A DNA stretch of 64,000 nucleotides from an uncultured Verrucomicrobiota bacterium (GCA_903847335.1 CAINDI010000143.1:9946-73945), one strand, 5' to 3'. Counted from the stretch's first letter, positions 18,135-28,007 are shown. The notes: generated by a model from the letters alone, not told the origin. Numbers and translations are program-made.

Positions 18135-19832
18135 ATGACCCGCGAGCGAATGCGAATCGCCAGTGTGCTGTTCGCCTTCGCAATTGTTTTTACCAGTCTC
18201 TGCGTTTTCAGCTACACGCAAAAATCCGCGACGTGGGACGAACCGCAACATCTCGTTCGTGGTTGTCTCGGCTGGCGCGGTGACCACCGGTTTGATCCCG
18301 AACATCCGCCGTTGCTCCGGCTGTGGGACACGTTGCCGATTCGCGACTTCAAATGTGATACCACCGTCATTGACAAAATCTCGCCCGACGACTTTGCCGG
18401 TCTCGGCCAATTCCAGTACGCGCAAATCACACTCTACAAAATGAACGATGCCGACCGGCTGCTCTACCGGGCGCGATTCATGAATGTGCTCCTCGGAGTT
18501 TTGCTGGGCGTCCTCGTGTTTGCATGGGCATACGAATGGCTCGGTTTCTGGCCGGCCACCGGTGCGCTGGTGCTGTTTGCTTTCGAGCCAAATCTCATGG
18601 CGCATTCGTCGTTAGTCACCACCGACCTCGGTAGCACGTGCTTCATCTTCGGCACGCTTTATTTTCTCTGGCGAACCTGCCGGCAATTAAGCGCCGGTAA
18701 TCTGACCGGTCTCACTGTTTTCTTCGTCCTCGCCATCATCAGCAAATTCACCGCAATCTTACTCGCGCCAATCATCATCATCTTGCTCGGTATCTGGGCT
18801 TACCGGTACAAGAAAATTGGTGTCGCTGCCGGCATTGTCGTTGGATTGGCGCTGGCGGCGTGGTTGGCAATCTGGGCGATTTACGGATTCCAGTACGCGC
18901 CGAGCGCGAATCCGAACTGGTTATTTCATTTTGAATCCGACCGCCCTTTACCGGTGGCGGCGCGATTGGTGGAATGGGCCGATGCGCACCAGTTATTCCC
19001 GAACGCTTTCTCGCAAGGTTTGATTCTCACGCAAATCAAGGCGCAATCGCGCGGTGCGTATCTTGCCGGTGCAATCAACTCGACCGGCTGGTGGTATTAT
19101 TTCCCATTCGCATTTCTCATCAAAACGCCGGTGGCGTTGCTGGCATTGCTGGCCGGTGGATTAATTCTGGCGGGAAAACTCTGGCGGAAATTTCTCGATA
19201 CGCCGGTCTTTATTATTCTGCCGGCACTGCTCTACGTCGGCACAGCAATGACACAACGATTGAATATCGGTGTGCGTCATATCTTGCCGGTGTATCCGTT
19301 AGCGATTTTGCTGGGCGCCAGTGCACTGACCTGGTTGTTGCGCCGCGAGAAGCAAACCATCGCGTTGGGATTGATCGGCTTGTTTGGGTTGACTGGCTTT
19401 GAGTTTTCACGCGCTTATCCGGATCCGTTGTCATTTTTCAATACACTCATCGGCGGACCGGACAATGGCGATAAATATCTGGTCGATTCAAATCTCGACT
19501 GGGGACAAGACTTAAAAGGTCTCAAACGCTGGATGGATGCCAACGATGTTCGCTTTATCAATCTTTGCTACTTCGGCACAGCGGATCCGGCTTATTACGG
19601 CATTCAATGCGCGCTGCTGCCCGGTAGTATGTTGCTGACGACTTCGCAAATGCCGCAGCTGCCCGGCTATGTCGCCATCAGCGTCACCAATCTGCGCGGC
19701 GTCTATTTCAAAGAGCATCTCCGGCGGTTTTACGCGCCATTTTTGACGCAAAGGCTGGTCGTAAAAATTGGCCAGTCAATTTTGATTTACCGGTGCGAAA
19801 CTTCGTGGTGGCCACCGGCAAGTGGGAAGTGA
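18135..19832 (+). CDS. Polytopic GT-C superfamily glycosyltransferase (GT39/GT83-like, lipid-linked sugar donor).
   Basis: ATG at 18135 is 8 nt after the ilvB stop. There are roughly 12 predicted TM helices and a C-terminal soluble domain. A DE-like motif lies in the first loop (WDEPQH). Confidence 0.55.
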   Translation: MTRERMRIASVLFAFAIVFTSLCVFSYTQKSATWDEPQHLVRGCLGWRGDHRFDPEHPPLLRLWDTLPIRDFKCDTTVIDKISPDDFAGLGQFQYAQITLYKMNDADRLLYRARFMNVLLGVLLGVLVFAWAYEWLGFWPATGALVLFAFEPNLMAHSSLVTTDLGSTCFIFGTLYFLWRTCRQLSAGNLTGLTVFFVLAIISKFTAILLAPIIIILLGIWAYRYKKIGVAAGIVVGLALAAWLAIWAIYGFQYAPSANPNWLFHFESDRPLPVAARLVEWADAHQLFPNAFSQGLILTQIKAQSRGAYLAGAINSTGWWYYFPFAFLIKTPVALLALLAGGLILAGKLWRKFLDTPVFIILPALLYVGTAMTQRLNIGVRHILPVYPLAILLGASALTWLLRREKQTIALGLIGLFGLTGFEFSRAYPDPLSFFNTLIGGPDNGDKYLVDSNLDWGQDLKGLKRWMDANDVRFINLCYFGTADPAYYGIQCALLPGSMLLTTSQMPQLPGYVAISVTNLRGVYFKEHLRRFYAPFLTQRLVVKIGQSILIYRCETSWWPPASGK

Positions 19833-19897
19833 CCGGTGCAGAACAGAGTTGTCCTTTTCCCGGTGTTTGTGTAACCAATAGTTAACGAGGTTTTACG

Positions 19898-20989
19898 ATG
19901 ACACTTAAATTACGGGACAAATTTACTTTCGATCAACTTTCCCTCGGCGAAGTCATGTTGCGACTCGATCCCGGCGAAGGCCGCATCCGGACGGCGCGCG
20001 AATTCAAAGCGTGGGAAGGTGGCGGTGAATACAATGTCGCCCGTGGACTTCGCAAATGCTTTGGCCTGAAAACCGCCGTCTGCACGGCATTTGTCGACAA
20101 TGAAGTCGGGCATCTCATCGAGGATTTTATTCTGCAAGGCGGTGTCGTGACTGATTTCATTCAGTGGCGACCGGATGATGGAATCGGGCGAACGATTCGC
20201 AACGGACTCAATTTTACCGAGCGCGGTTTCGGCGTTCGCGGTGCGGTTGGTGTTTCAGATCGTGGTAACACCGCCGCTAGCCAACTCAAGCCCGGTGATT
20301 TCAACTGGGATAAAATCTTCGGTGAACTTGGTGTGCGCTGGTTTCATACCGGTGGCATTTTTGCGGCATTAAGCGAATCGACAGCGGCGCTAACGATTGA
20401 AGCCGTCAAAGCCGCTGCGAAATACGGCACAATCGTCAGCTACGATTTGAATTACCGGCCCAGTCTCTGGAAGAGTATCGGCGGTCCGGCGAAAGCCCGG
20501 GAAGTGAATCGCGAGATTGCCAAGTATGTAGATGTAATGCTGGGTAATGAAGAAGATTTCACCGCTAGTCTCGGTTTCGAGGTGAAAGGTATCGACCACA
20601 ACATCACCAAGATTGAAACGGATGCCTTCAAGCAGATGATTTCAACTGCTGTCAGCGAATTCAAAAATTTCAAAGTCGCCGCGACGACTTTGCGGTCGGT
20701 CATCACCGCGACGAAAAACGACTGGAGCGCGGTTTGCTGGATGGATGGCAAATTCTACGAGAGCCGTAAATATCCCGGTCTCGAAATTCTCGACCGGGTC
20801 GGCGGTGGCGACAGTTTTGCCAGTGGTTTGATTTATGGTTTTCTCAAAACCGGTGATCCGCAAAAAGCGGTGGATTACGGCGCGGCGCACGGCGCATTGG
20901 CGATGACGACCCCCGGCGATACTTCGATGGTTACCGGTAAGGAGGTTGAAAAACTGATGACCGGTGGTAGCGCCCGCGTTCAACGCTGA
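19898..20989 (+). CDS. PfkB-family sugar kinase (2-keto-3-deoxygluconate kinase-like).
   Basis: 363 aa ribokinase fold. C-terminal motif GGGDSFASGLIYG. N-terminal GEVMLRLDP matches the KdgK-like pattern. Confidence 0.7.
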   Translation: MTLKLRDKFTFDQLSLGEVMLRLDPGEGRIRTAREFKAWEGGGEYNVARGLRKCFGLKTAVCTAFVDNEVGHLIEDFILQGGVVTDFIQWRPDDGIGRTIRNGLNFTERGFGVRGAVGVSDRGNTAASQLKPGDFNWDKIFGELGVRWFHTGGIFAALSESTAALTIEAVKAAAKYGTIVSYDLNYRPSLWKSIGGPAKAREVNREIAKYVDVMLGNEEDFTASLGFEVKGIDHNITKIETDAFKQMISTAVSEFKNFKVAATTLRSVITATKNDWSAVCWMDGKFYESRKYPGLEILDRVGGGDSFASGLIYGFLKTGDPQKAVDYGAAHGALAMTTPGDTSMVTGKEVEKLMTGGSARVQR

Positions 20990-20995
20990 GCGACG

Positions 20996-22177
20996 TTACC
21001 GGCGGTCGAGAATCTCCCAAACTTTTGCGATATAAAACCGGTAATTTGCGAGCGGTGTGCCATTGGGAATCCGGTGATCTAGTCCGAAGACGCAACCGCC
21101 AGTCTGCATGATTACCGGTAGCTTATATTCTAATTCTGCAGTGATTTCTTGCTGACTCCTGCGTAAAATATGTTTATCAAGACCGCCGAGAAAAGCGATA
21201 CGGTTACCATATTGTTCGCGGAGTTTAACGATGTCCATTCCTGCGGCTGGCTCGCACGGGAAAATACAATTTACGCCGGCATCCAAAAACGCCGGGATGA
21301 TTGGTCGCATATCGCCATCGCTATCCTGTTTAAACAAACGTGCACCGCGTTCCTGAGCTAAATCCCAAACGCGCCGGTAATACGGTTTGATAAATTCTTC
21401 GACATGTTTCGGGCCAATGAGCGGCCCACTTCTTCCTGCCATGTCTTCATGCACGGAAAGTTGATCGACGTGTGGCAAGTGTTCGCAAATCCGGACGACG
21501 GTTTCCGTAATGGTTTCGAGAATCGCGTGGATCAGTTCCGGTTGCTCGTAACAGGCCAGCGCTAGAGATTCTTCTCCCATCAGTTGGCGCGGCTCGTCGA
21601 AACCGCCAGGAATTTGAAGCGAGGTCAGTTGACCGGCTGTCGATTGTAACTGGCCGAAGCGCGCTTCCGAAAATTCATAATGCTGCCGGATGCGTTGCCA
21701 ATCATCCATATTTGCCACCGGATACGTTGTCGGCAAAGCCAATGTTGCGGATTTCTTGGCCATCTCCATTCGGCGTCCCATTTGGTCGCGATACACAAGC
21801 GAATCGGCTGTGTCTTCGAGAATGACCGGTTCATCTCCGCCGAGCCAGCCTGTGATTACCGGTAAGTTATTTTCAATGACTGTGCGATATCGGAAAGTCG
21901 AAAGATTGATTTCGACTGGCGTTGCGCCTTGTGCGGCCCATTCTTCTTTCAGCCCCACCAACGGGCCGAAAATTTCCGTGAACAATGGCCGGGTGTTCGC
22001 GCGAAACGTCATGTAGTCGAGATACTCCTCCCGGCTGACGATTTCACCGCCGCGTTTAATTGCGAGTGCTGCGTGAAAGGAGTGGATGTAGTCGTTGACA
22101 TTCATTGGCGTATTTTCTCGTGCGGCGACGGATTCGGCAATGGACAGACTCCGCAAAGTTTTGTACTTATGGCGCAT
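20996..22177 (-). CDS. Uroporphyrinogen decarboxylase (URO-D) superfamily protein, not HemE-like; substrate unknown.
   Basis: 393 aa. The length and hydrophobic TIM-barrel pattern resemble the URO-D/MtaA family. This is the first of two such paralogs in the window. Confidence 0.45.
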   Translation of the reverse strand: MRHKYKTLRSLSIAESVAARENTPMNVNDYIHSFHAALAIKRGGEIVSREEYLDYMTFRANTRPLFTEIFGPLVGLKEEWAAQGATPVEINLSTFRYRTVIENNLPVITGWLGGDEPVILEDTADSLVYRDQMGRRMEMAKKSATLALPTTYPVANMDDWQRIRQHYEFSEARFGQLQSTAGQLTSLQIPGGFDEPRQLMGEESLALACYEQPELIHAILETITETVVRICEHLPHVDQLSVHEDMAGRSGPLIGPKHVEEFIKPYYRRVWDLAQERGARLFKQDSDGDMRPIIPAFLDAGVNCIFPCEPAAGMDIVKLREQYGNRIAFLGGLDKHILRRSQQEITAELEYKLPVIMQTGGCVFGLDHRIPNGTPLANYRFYIAKVWEILDRR

Positions 22178-22946
22178 GGCTCAGATGGTGCTACCGGAGG
22201 TTTGCATCAACACGCCGCCGCTGATTTACCGTTGCGAAACGGGTTGGCGTTGGTGTCCGGCGGCGTTACCTGATTTTGATCTCTGGTATGTGCTGGACGG
22301 CGTTGGGACTGTCGAATTAAACGGAGTTACTCAGGCAGTCGCCGCGCAAACCTGTTTTATTTTTTCACCCGGATCGCAAATCGTTGCTCACCATGACCCC
22401 CAGCACCGGTTGCGCGTATTTGCGGTCCACTTTGACTGGAAAAATCACCGGCGTTTCCGGTTGCCGGCAGACGGAATCAGAGTCCGTGATGCGGTATTCT
22501 TTTCCGCCTTAGCCCGCCGGTGTGCGGCGAGCTATCGACAGGGCACTGCCGTGGCACACCGGCAAAGTGCGGCACTCGTGGCGCAAATGCTATTGCACTT
22601 ATGGGCGGAAGCGGAACAACTCGTCACCTCGGTAATGGATTCACGGATTAGCGCGGCGGTGGAACTCATTCGAGAGGAACCGGGACGACGCTGCACCGTT
22701 GCAGGAATGGCGCAGAAAGCTGGATTATCCCGGTCGCAATTCACTCGGCAATTTACGACAGCAACGGGATTGTCACCGGAGCAGTTTTTCATTCAAGCGC
22801 GAATCGAACGTGCCACGCAATTGTTGCATGAGACCAGTATGACGATCAGCCAGATTGCGGATGCGCTCGGTTATCGGGATGTATTTTATTTCAGCCGGCA
22901 ATTCCGGCAAATCACCGGCAAGCCGGCCTCGGCATGCCGGCGCTGA
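22176..22946 (+). CDS. AraC-family transcriptional regulator: cupin sensor domain plus HTH_AraC.
   Basis: ATG at 22176 (M28) is divergent from the URO-D-like gene, and their start codons overlap. The C-terminal AraC HTH includes GLSRSQFTRQF and IADALGY. Confidence 0.8.
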   Translation: MAQMVLPEVCINTPPLIYRCETGWRWCPAALPDFDLWYVLDGVGTVELNGVTQAVAAQTCFIFSPGSQIVAHHDPQHRLRVFAVHFDWKNHRRFRLPADGIRVRDAVFFSALARRCAASYRQGTAVAHRQSAALVAQMLLHLWAEAEQLVTSVMDSRISAAVELIREEPGRRCTVAGMAQKAGLSRSQFTRQFTTATGLSPEQFFIQARIERATQLLHETSMTISQIADALGYRDVFYFSRQFRQITGKPASACRR

Positions 22947-22951
22947 GATTG

Positions 22952-23506
22952 TTACCAGTAAATGAAATTGGTAAAGCGGCGCTGGTCTTTGGTGGGGAGT
23001 GCTAACACGTCGGGGACGATGAAACGGTTGTCGTTCACATCCAGCAAGACTTTGCCTTCGGCTCCGAAATCTTCCGCCCGGTCGTGACGCCACGGCATGA
23101 TGAATTCCTGCCGGCCACGTTGAGTTTCCACGTCGAAGAATAGCAAGCCAAACTCGTGGCGAACGCCGTACACCCGGTGGATGATGTGTTCGTGGTATTG
23201 CTTTTTCAGAACGGCTTGAATCAAGGTCTGCGTTTCTTTTGGGAATGCGCTGAGGTTTTCAATGACGCCGATTTCGCCGACTTTATCTTTTTCGTCGGTA
23301 TAGCGTAGCGAGATGTAGCGGTCGGGATGGCGAATTGGAAACATCAATACAGCAAACACGCCTCGGTACATCTGGTCGCCTTTCACCGCGCAGTGTAATA
23401 GCGAAAATGCGCCTTCAAAAATGGTGGCCGTTTCCGGTAGCAACCGGCGCACGCCGGTAATCGAGAGCCGGTTGTCAGAGGTTGTTGGGAGAGTCGTGTC
23501 GCTCAT
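22952..23506 (-). CDS. Hypothetical cytoplasmic protein, 184 aa, transcriptionally linked to the upstream ABC exporter (possibly DUF1854-like).
   Basis: Its start codon lies 2 nt after the ABC gene stop on the same strand. It has no TM segments or signal peptide. Confidence 0.4.
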   Translation of the reverse strand: MSDTTLPTTSDNRLSITGVRRLLPETATIFEGAFSLLHCAVKGDQMYRGVFAVLMFPIRHPDRYISLRYTDEKDKVGEIGVIENLSAFPKETQTLIQAVLKKQYHEHIIHRVYGVRHEFGLLFFDVETQRGRQEFIMPWRHDRAEDFGAEGKVLLDVNDNRFIVPDVLALPTKDQRRFTNFIYW

Positions 23507-23508
23507 GG

Positions 23509-25734
23509 TTATGACTCCAACCGGGTCAACTCCGTTTGGATGCGGACTAAATTGTGATAGACACCTTTCAGTTCTAGTAGTTGCTCGTGCGAACCGGATT
23601 CAGCTACTTTGCCTTCATCAATCACATAAATCACATCGGCATTTTTTAATGTCGAGAGCCGGTGGGCAATCGCAATGGTCGTGCGGCCTTTGCATAATCT
23701 GACCAGCGCTTTCTGAATTTCTTGTTCCGATTCGGTGTCCACTGACGAGGTGGCTTCGTCGAGAATGAGAATCTTTGGGTCGCACAGCAATGCACGGGCA
23801 ATGCTGATGCGCTGGCGCTCTCCACCGGAGAGACCGGCACCGCGTTCGCCTAACTTCGTGTCGTAGGCGGACGGAGCGCGAGCGATAAAATCGTGGGCGT
23901 TCGCGGCTTTAGCGGCGTCCATCACAGCCAACGGTGAAGCGCCGGGACGACCGTAGGCGATGTTGTCCATGATTGTCGCTCGGAAAAGGAATGGTTCTTG
24001 AAGAACCAGCGCAACGTGTTTGTGAATGTCGTGCTGAGCGAGTGTGCGCACGTCTTGGTTGTCGATGAGCACTTGTCCATCTTGCGGATCGTAGAATCGG
24101 CAGATGAGATTTACTAAGGTGGTTTTACCGGAGCCACTTTTACCGACGATGCCGACGAACTGGCCGGGCTCAATTTTAATACTGACATTTTTCAGCACCG
24201 GACTGTAGGGATCGTAGCCGAAGGTTACATTGCGGAGCTCAATTGCGCCGTTGATGTTATTCAACGGTGTTGCCTCCGGCTCGTCGGTAATGCCGACGTT
24301 GGCATCCAACACCTCAAATACGCGCTGGCCGGCCGACATGAAACCGGTGAGCCAATTGGAGAACACGCTCATTGCCGAAATCGGTCCGTAGAACATTCCC
24401 ATGTAACCGAAGAATGCCATCAGCGTGCCGAGCGTCAGGTGGCCTTCAAAGACGCGATGACCACCGGCGTACCAGATGATTAATCCGCCGAGGCCGAACA
24501 CGAAACCCATGATTGGATTGAAAGTCGCGACGCTCATTTCGACGGACCGGCGGGCATTCTGCATGTACCGGGCTGAATCGCTGAATCGTTGTTCTTCGCG
24601 TTTTTCCTGTCCAAATAATTTCACCAGTCGGATGCCTTGCAATAGGCCGGTGAGGAGTTGCGACATTTTCGACTGACTATCCGAAAGCCGATAGTATTGT
24701 GGGTAGACATACTTCCAGAAAAAAATTGTTCCGATGACCACGAATGGCACCGGTAGCAAAACTAACAAGGCGAGATGCCAATTCATCATGAACAAGACTG
24801 CACCGATGCCGAGGACGAGAATGACATTTAGCAGAAATCCTTGTGCGACTTGCCAGACGAAACCTTGAAAATATTCCACGTCCCACAACACCCGGCTCAT
24901 TAAACTACCGGCCGAGTGCCGGTCATAATAATCCACGCTCAGACTCATCAGTTTGGTCTGCAGCCGTTCGCGTAATTCCTTAGAAACTCGCGTGCCAATC
25001 ATGCTGCTCGTCCGTCCGATAATCACATTCAAAAATTGTCGACCCAGCGACGCGCCGACCAGTCCGAGCAAAATCAGCGGCAACCAATGGATGTTTTCCT
25101 TCGGCGTCAGGACTTTATCCACGAGAATCCGGGTTAAATACGGAGGCAATAAATCTAATCCGACGCCCATAACCAAGATGCACAGCAGTAGCACGATGGA
25201 GTTCTGATACGGTTTCATTAGCCCCACGGACCGGAAAAACACACTACGACCACCGGCGCAACGTGGACACACCGCCCGGCGCGCCGGCAATGGTAATCCG
25301 CATTTCGTGCACGCAAACTCACTGGGGTGCACTAACGCTTCGGTGTTCAGTGGGTGGCCTTGGATCAGGCGTTCCAATTCCGCACGCACCTTGCCGAAGA
25401 TTTCGCGACGGGCGTTGCTGTAACGCGCCACGTCCACATAGGTGCCATCAATCAGCAGCTGTAAGAAACCGCTGCCAACCGTGTGGCGCGTTTGGACTTT
25501 CTGCGCATCTTTCAGTAAAAAAGGACCGGTGATGAGTGCAGTTGGTTGTGAGTGGGTCGGAACTGTAAAAATTTTTGTTTGAGTAACAACAACCCAAACA
25601 TCCTGAACCGTGCCGTCGATGGTGAGATCGCTGCGGACGCTGAACAGACACGCATCAGCGCCGAGGTTATGAACTTCCGGGCGCGTGTTTAATTCGCTCG
25701 GTACGCGCCCCAACAACAAATCGTTATTCGTCAT
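23509..25734 (-). CDS. ABCB-type exporter (fused TMD-NBD half transporter) with an extra ~160-aa N-terminal cytoplasmic domain containing a CxxC-x10-CxxC zinc ribbon.
   Basis: 741 aa. Residues ~165-480 form a 6-TM ABC exporter domain. The NBD carries Walker A (GKSGSGKTT), the signature (LSGGERQR) and Walker B (ILILDEAT). The N-terminal domain has CTKC...CPRC. Confidence 0.85.
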   Translation of the reverse strand: MTNNDLLLGRVPSELNTRPEVHNLGADACLFSVRSDLTIDGTVQDVWVVVTQTKIFTVPTHSQPTALITGPFLLKDAQKVQTRHTVGSGFLQLLIDGTYVDVARYSNARREIFGKVRAELERLIQGHPLNTEALVHPSEFACTKCGLPLPARRAVCPRCAGGRSVFFRSVGLMKPYQNSIVLLLCILVMGVGLDLLPPYLTRILVDKVLTPKENIHWLPLILLGLVGASLGRQFLNVIIGRTSSMIGTRVSKELRERLQTKLMSLSVDYYDRHSAGSLMSRVLWDVEYFQGFVWQVAQGFLLNVILVLGIGAVLFMMNWHLALLVLLPVPFVVIGTIFFWKYVYPQYYRLSDSQSKMSQLLTGLLQGIRLVKLFGQEKREEQRFSDSARYMQNARRSVEMSVATFNPIMGFVFGLGGLIIWYAGGHRVFEGHLTLGTLMAFFGYMGMFYGPISAMSVFSNWLTGFMSAGQRVFEVLDANVGITDEPEATPLNNINGAIELRNVTFGYDPYSPVLKNVSIKIEPGQFVGIVGKSGSGKTTLVNLICRFYDPQDGQVLIDNQDVRTLAQHDIHKHVALVLQEPFLFRATIMDNIAYGRPGASPLAVMDAAKAANAHDFIARAPSAYDTKLGERGAGLSGGERQRISIARALLCDPKILILDEATSSVDTESEQEIQKALVRLCKGRTTIAIAHRLSTLKNADVIYVIDEGKVAESGSHEQLLELKGVYHNLVRIQTELTRLES

Positions 25735-25829
25735 GGTTCACCGGCAAGCATATGAAGCTTCATGCCGACCGCTGCAAGAAAATTATCGCCGGTACACCTG
25801 AAATGGCATACCGGCGATAATGAGACCGG

Positions 25830-26423
25830 TTATTTATTTACGGCTTCGAAGTATTTCAGCGAGCCTTTCGGATCGGCTTTCATGGTCTTGTCGCCGGGAT
25901 GCCAGTTAGCCGGGCAGACTTCGCCGTTTTTCTCGAAGAATTGGAGTGCATCGAGAATACGAATGGCTTCGTCCACATTCCGTCCGAGCGGTAGGTCGTT
26001 GACGAGCGCGTGGCGGACGATGCCTTGTTGGTCAATGATGAAGAGTCCGCGCAGTGCCACCGCACCGTTGGCAGTGAGCACGCCGTAGCTGGTGGCAATC
26101 TGTTTGGTGAGGTCGGAAACGAGCGGATAATCCAGACCGCCGAGACCGCCGGCCTTCCGGGGAGTGTTAATCCACGCGAGGTGCGTGTATTGGCTATCGA
26201 CGCTGACACCGAGAATTTCGGCGTTGCGGCTTTTGAATTCAGCCACTTTTTCATTGAAGGCGATGATTTCCGTCGGGCAGACGAAAGTGAAATCCAACGG
26301 ATAGAAATAGAGGACGACGTACTTTTTACCTTTGTAGTCGCTCAAACTGATGTCTTTGAATTGGCCGTTGACGACGGCGGTCGCTTTGAATTCTGGGGCT
26401 GGTTTCTGAACGAGTGTGCTCAT
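25830..26423 (-). CDS. Typical 2-Cys peroxiredoxin (AhpC/Tsa family).
   Basis: 197 aa. The peroxidatic Cys motif is FTFVCPTEI. The resolving Cys is in GEVCPANW. Confidence 0.9.
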   Translation of the reverse strand: MSTLVQKPAPEFKATAVVNGQFKDISLSDYKGKKYVVLYFYPLDFTFVCPTEIIAFNEKVAEFKSRNAEILGVSVDSQYTHLAWINTPRKAGGLGGLDYPLVSDLTKQIATSYGVLTANGAVALRGLFIIDQQGIVRHALVNDLPLGRNVDEAIRILDALQFFEKNGEVCPANWHPGDKTMKADPKGSLKYFEAVNK

Positions 26424-26552
26424 GGTTTAATCTCCTTAAGATTGTTAGTGATTGGGCTGAATGGTAGCACAGGAACAACATTTCGCAAGTGGTCAACGCG
26501 AATGCATAGTTTCGGCTTTCCTCTGTCCACAGTCATCCGATATACTTCCGTC

Positions 26553-28007
26553 ATGTCAGTTCAAAACCGCATCATCAAAGTGCAGAAGCGCAACCGGGCA
26601 TTGGTGACCTTTGACGAGCGGGCAATCTTTCTCGCCATCTTGCGCGCGGCTGAATCCATCGGCGGTCTCCAGCAAGATTACCTGCCGGGCGTCAATGACA
26701 AGCTTTTCGATGCCTACGCGCTCGACGAAAAAGTCGCTGAGTTTCTCACGGATGCCGTCGTCATCTGTCTGAATGCCGATCCACATCACCACATCGCCAA
26801 TTTTCCGCCGACCATCGAAACGATTCAGGATGATGTCGTTCACGTTTTGCGCAGCTATGGATTTCAAAATACCGCCGACGCGTACGAATGTTACCGGTGG
26901 GGTCGGCACTGGTTGCGCGAAGGCGCGATTGCCGATACGCAATTCGTCGGCAACGGTTTTCCTCGCAAACGCATGGAGAAAACTCTCGAATGGAACCGGC
27001 AGCATGGTTGCGATACCGTCACCGGTCTCAACGAAGTCGTTCGCAGTGGCAAACTCCAGCCGCTCGTCGAAGCATCGTTAGCGACCTATGAAGCCTCGCT
27101 CGACGAAGCGGCCAAAAAAGTTATCGCCCGTTTTAACGCCGGCGACAAATTGCGGATGATGTGGATTAGTGGTCCGAGTTCCTCCGGTAAGACCACCACC
27201 ACTGTCAAGCTGACGCAACGCCTCGAAAAACAGGGTCTCCGGTTTCTGATGCTCAACCTTGACGATTATTTTTGGGCACTCATCGAACATCCGACGGATT
27301 GGATTAACGACCGGAATTTTGAAACGCCGGAAGCTCTCGACATTCAACTTCTCAATCAACACCTCAAAGATTTGCTCGCCGGTAAGACCATTGATAAACC
27401 GGTGTACAGCTTCAAAGAAGGCCGGCGCATCGCGACGAAGCCGGTGAAGCTTGAGCCGGAGCAGATTCTTTTGCTCGATTGTCTCCACGGATTTTATCCA
27501 CCGATTACCGAAGGCATTGATCCGAGTGCACAATTCCGCGTCTATATCGAAACTCTCAACGTCATGCTCGAAGGCGATGGTTCCACTCGACGTCTCACGC
27601 GGTTTCCGGATATCCGGCTTATCCGCCGGATGCTCCGCGACGTGCAGCACCGCAATCACAGCCCGCTCTCAACTCTGCTGCATTGGCATTATGTTCGCTG
27701 GGGCGAACTTTTTTCCATCATCCCGCTCATGGGGCTGGCGGACCATGTCGTTAACGCTGGGTTTCCGTTTGACTTGCCGGTGTTAAAATCATTTTTCATC
27801 GGTGCCGGTGGTCATTTACCCTCCGGTGAAGCCATGAACCAATATCGCGGCTTCCTCGATGCGCAAATCCGTCACCGGCGCATCCAGACTTTACTCGAAT
27901 CGGTGACCGGTGTGCCGCAAGACCAGTTGCCCAGCTTAATTCCCGGTGACGCCGTCATCCGTGAATTCATCGGCGGCAGTACCATCCCAATCCCACACAA
28001 CCAATGA
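26553..28007 (+). CDS. ATP-cone domain fused to a uridine kinase / phosphoribulokinase-family P-loop nucleoside kinase.
   Basis: ATG at 26553 (M182 of the ORF-track ORF). The upstream part of that ORF is antisense read-through of the prx gene. The N-terminal ~90 aa is an ATP-cone (IIKVQKRNRALVTFDERAIFLAILRA). The P-loop is ISGPSSSGKTTTT, followed by a PRK-like core. Confidence 0.65.
   Translation: MSVQNRIIKVQKRNRALVTFDERAIFLAILRAAESIGGLQQDYLPGVNDKLFDAYALDEKVAEFLTDAVVICLNADPHHHIANFPPTIETIQDDVVHVLRSYGFQNTADAYECYRWGRHWLREGAIADTQFVGNGFPRKRMEKTLEWNRQHGCDTVTGLNEVVRSGKLQPLVEASLATYEASLDEAAKKVIARFNAGDKLRMMWISGPSSSGKTTTTVKLTQRLEKQGLRFLMLNLDDYFWALIEHPTDWINDRNFETPEALDIQLLNQHLKDLLAGKTIDKPVYSFKEGRRIATKPVKLEPEQILLLDCLHGFYPPITEGIDPSAQFRVYIETLNVMLEGDGSTRRLTRFPDIRLIRRMLRDVQHRNHSPLSTLLHWHYVRWGELFSIIPLMGLADHVVNAGFPFDLPVLKSFFIGAGGHLPSGEAMNQYRGFLDAQIRHRRIQTLLESVTGVPQDQLPSLIPGDAVIREFIGGSTIPIPHNQ

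Noticed and set aside
26010-26552. 181-aa upstream extension of the ATP-cone kinase ORF.
   Set aside because: It is entirely antisense to the peroxiredoxin gene and its promoter. The homology begins at the ATG at 26553, with ATP-cone motifs.
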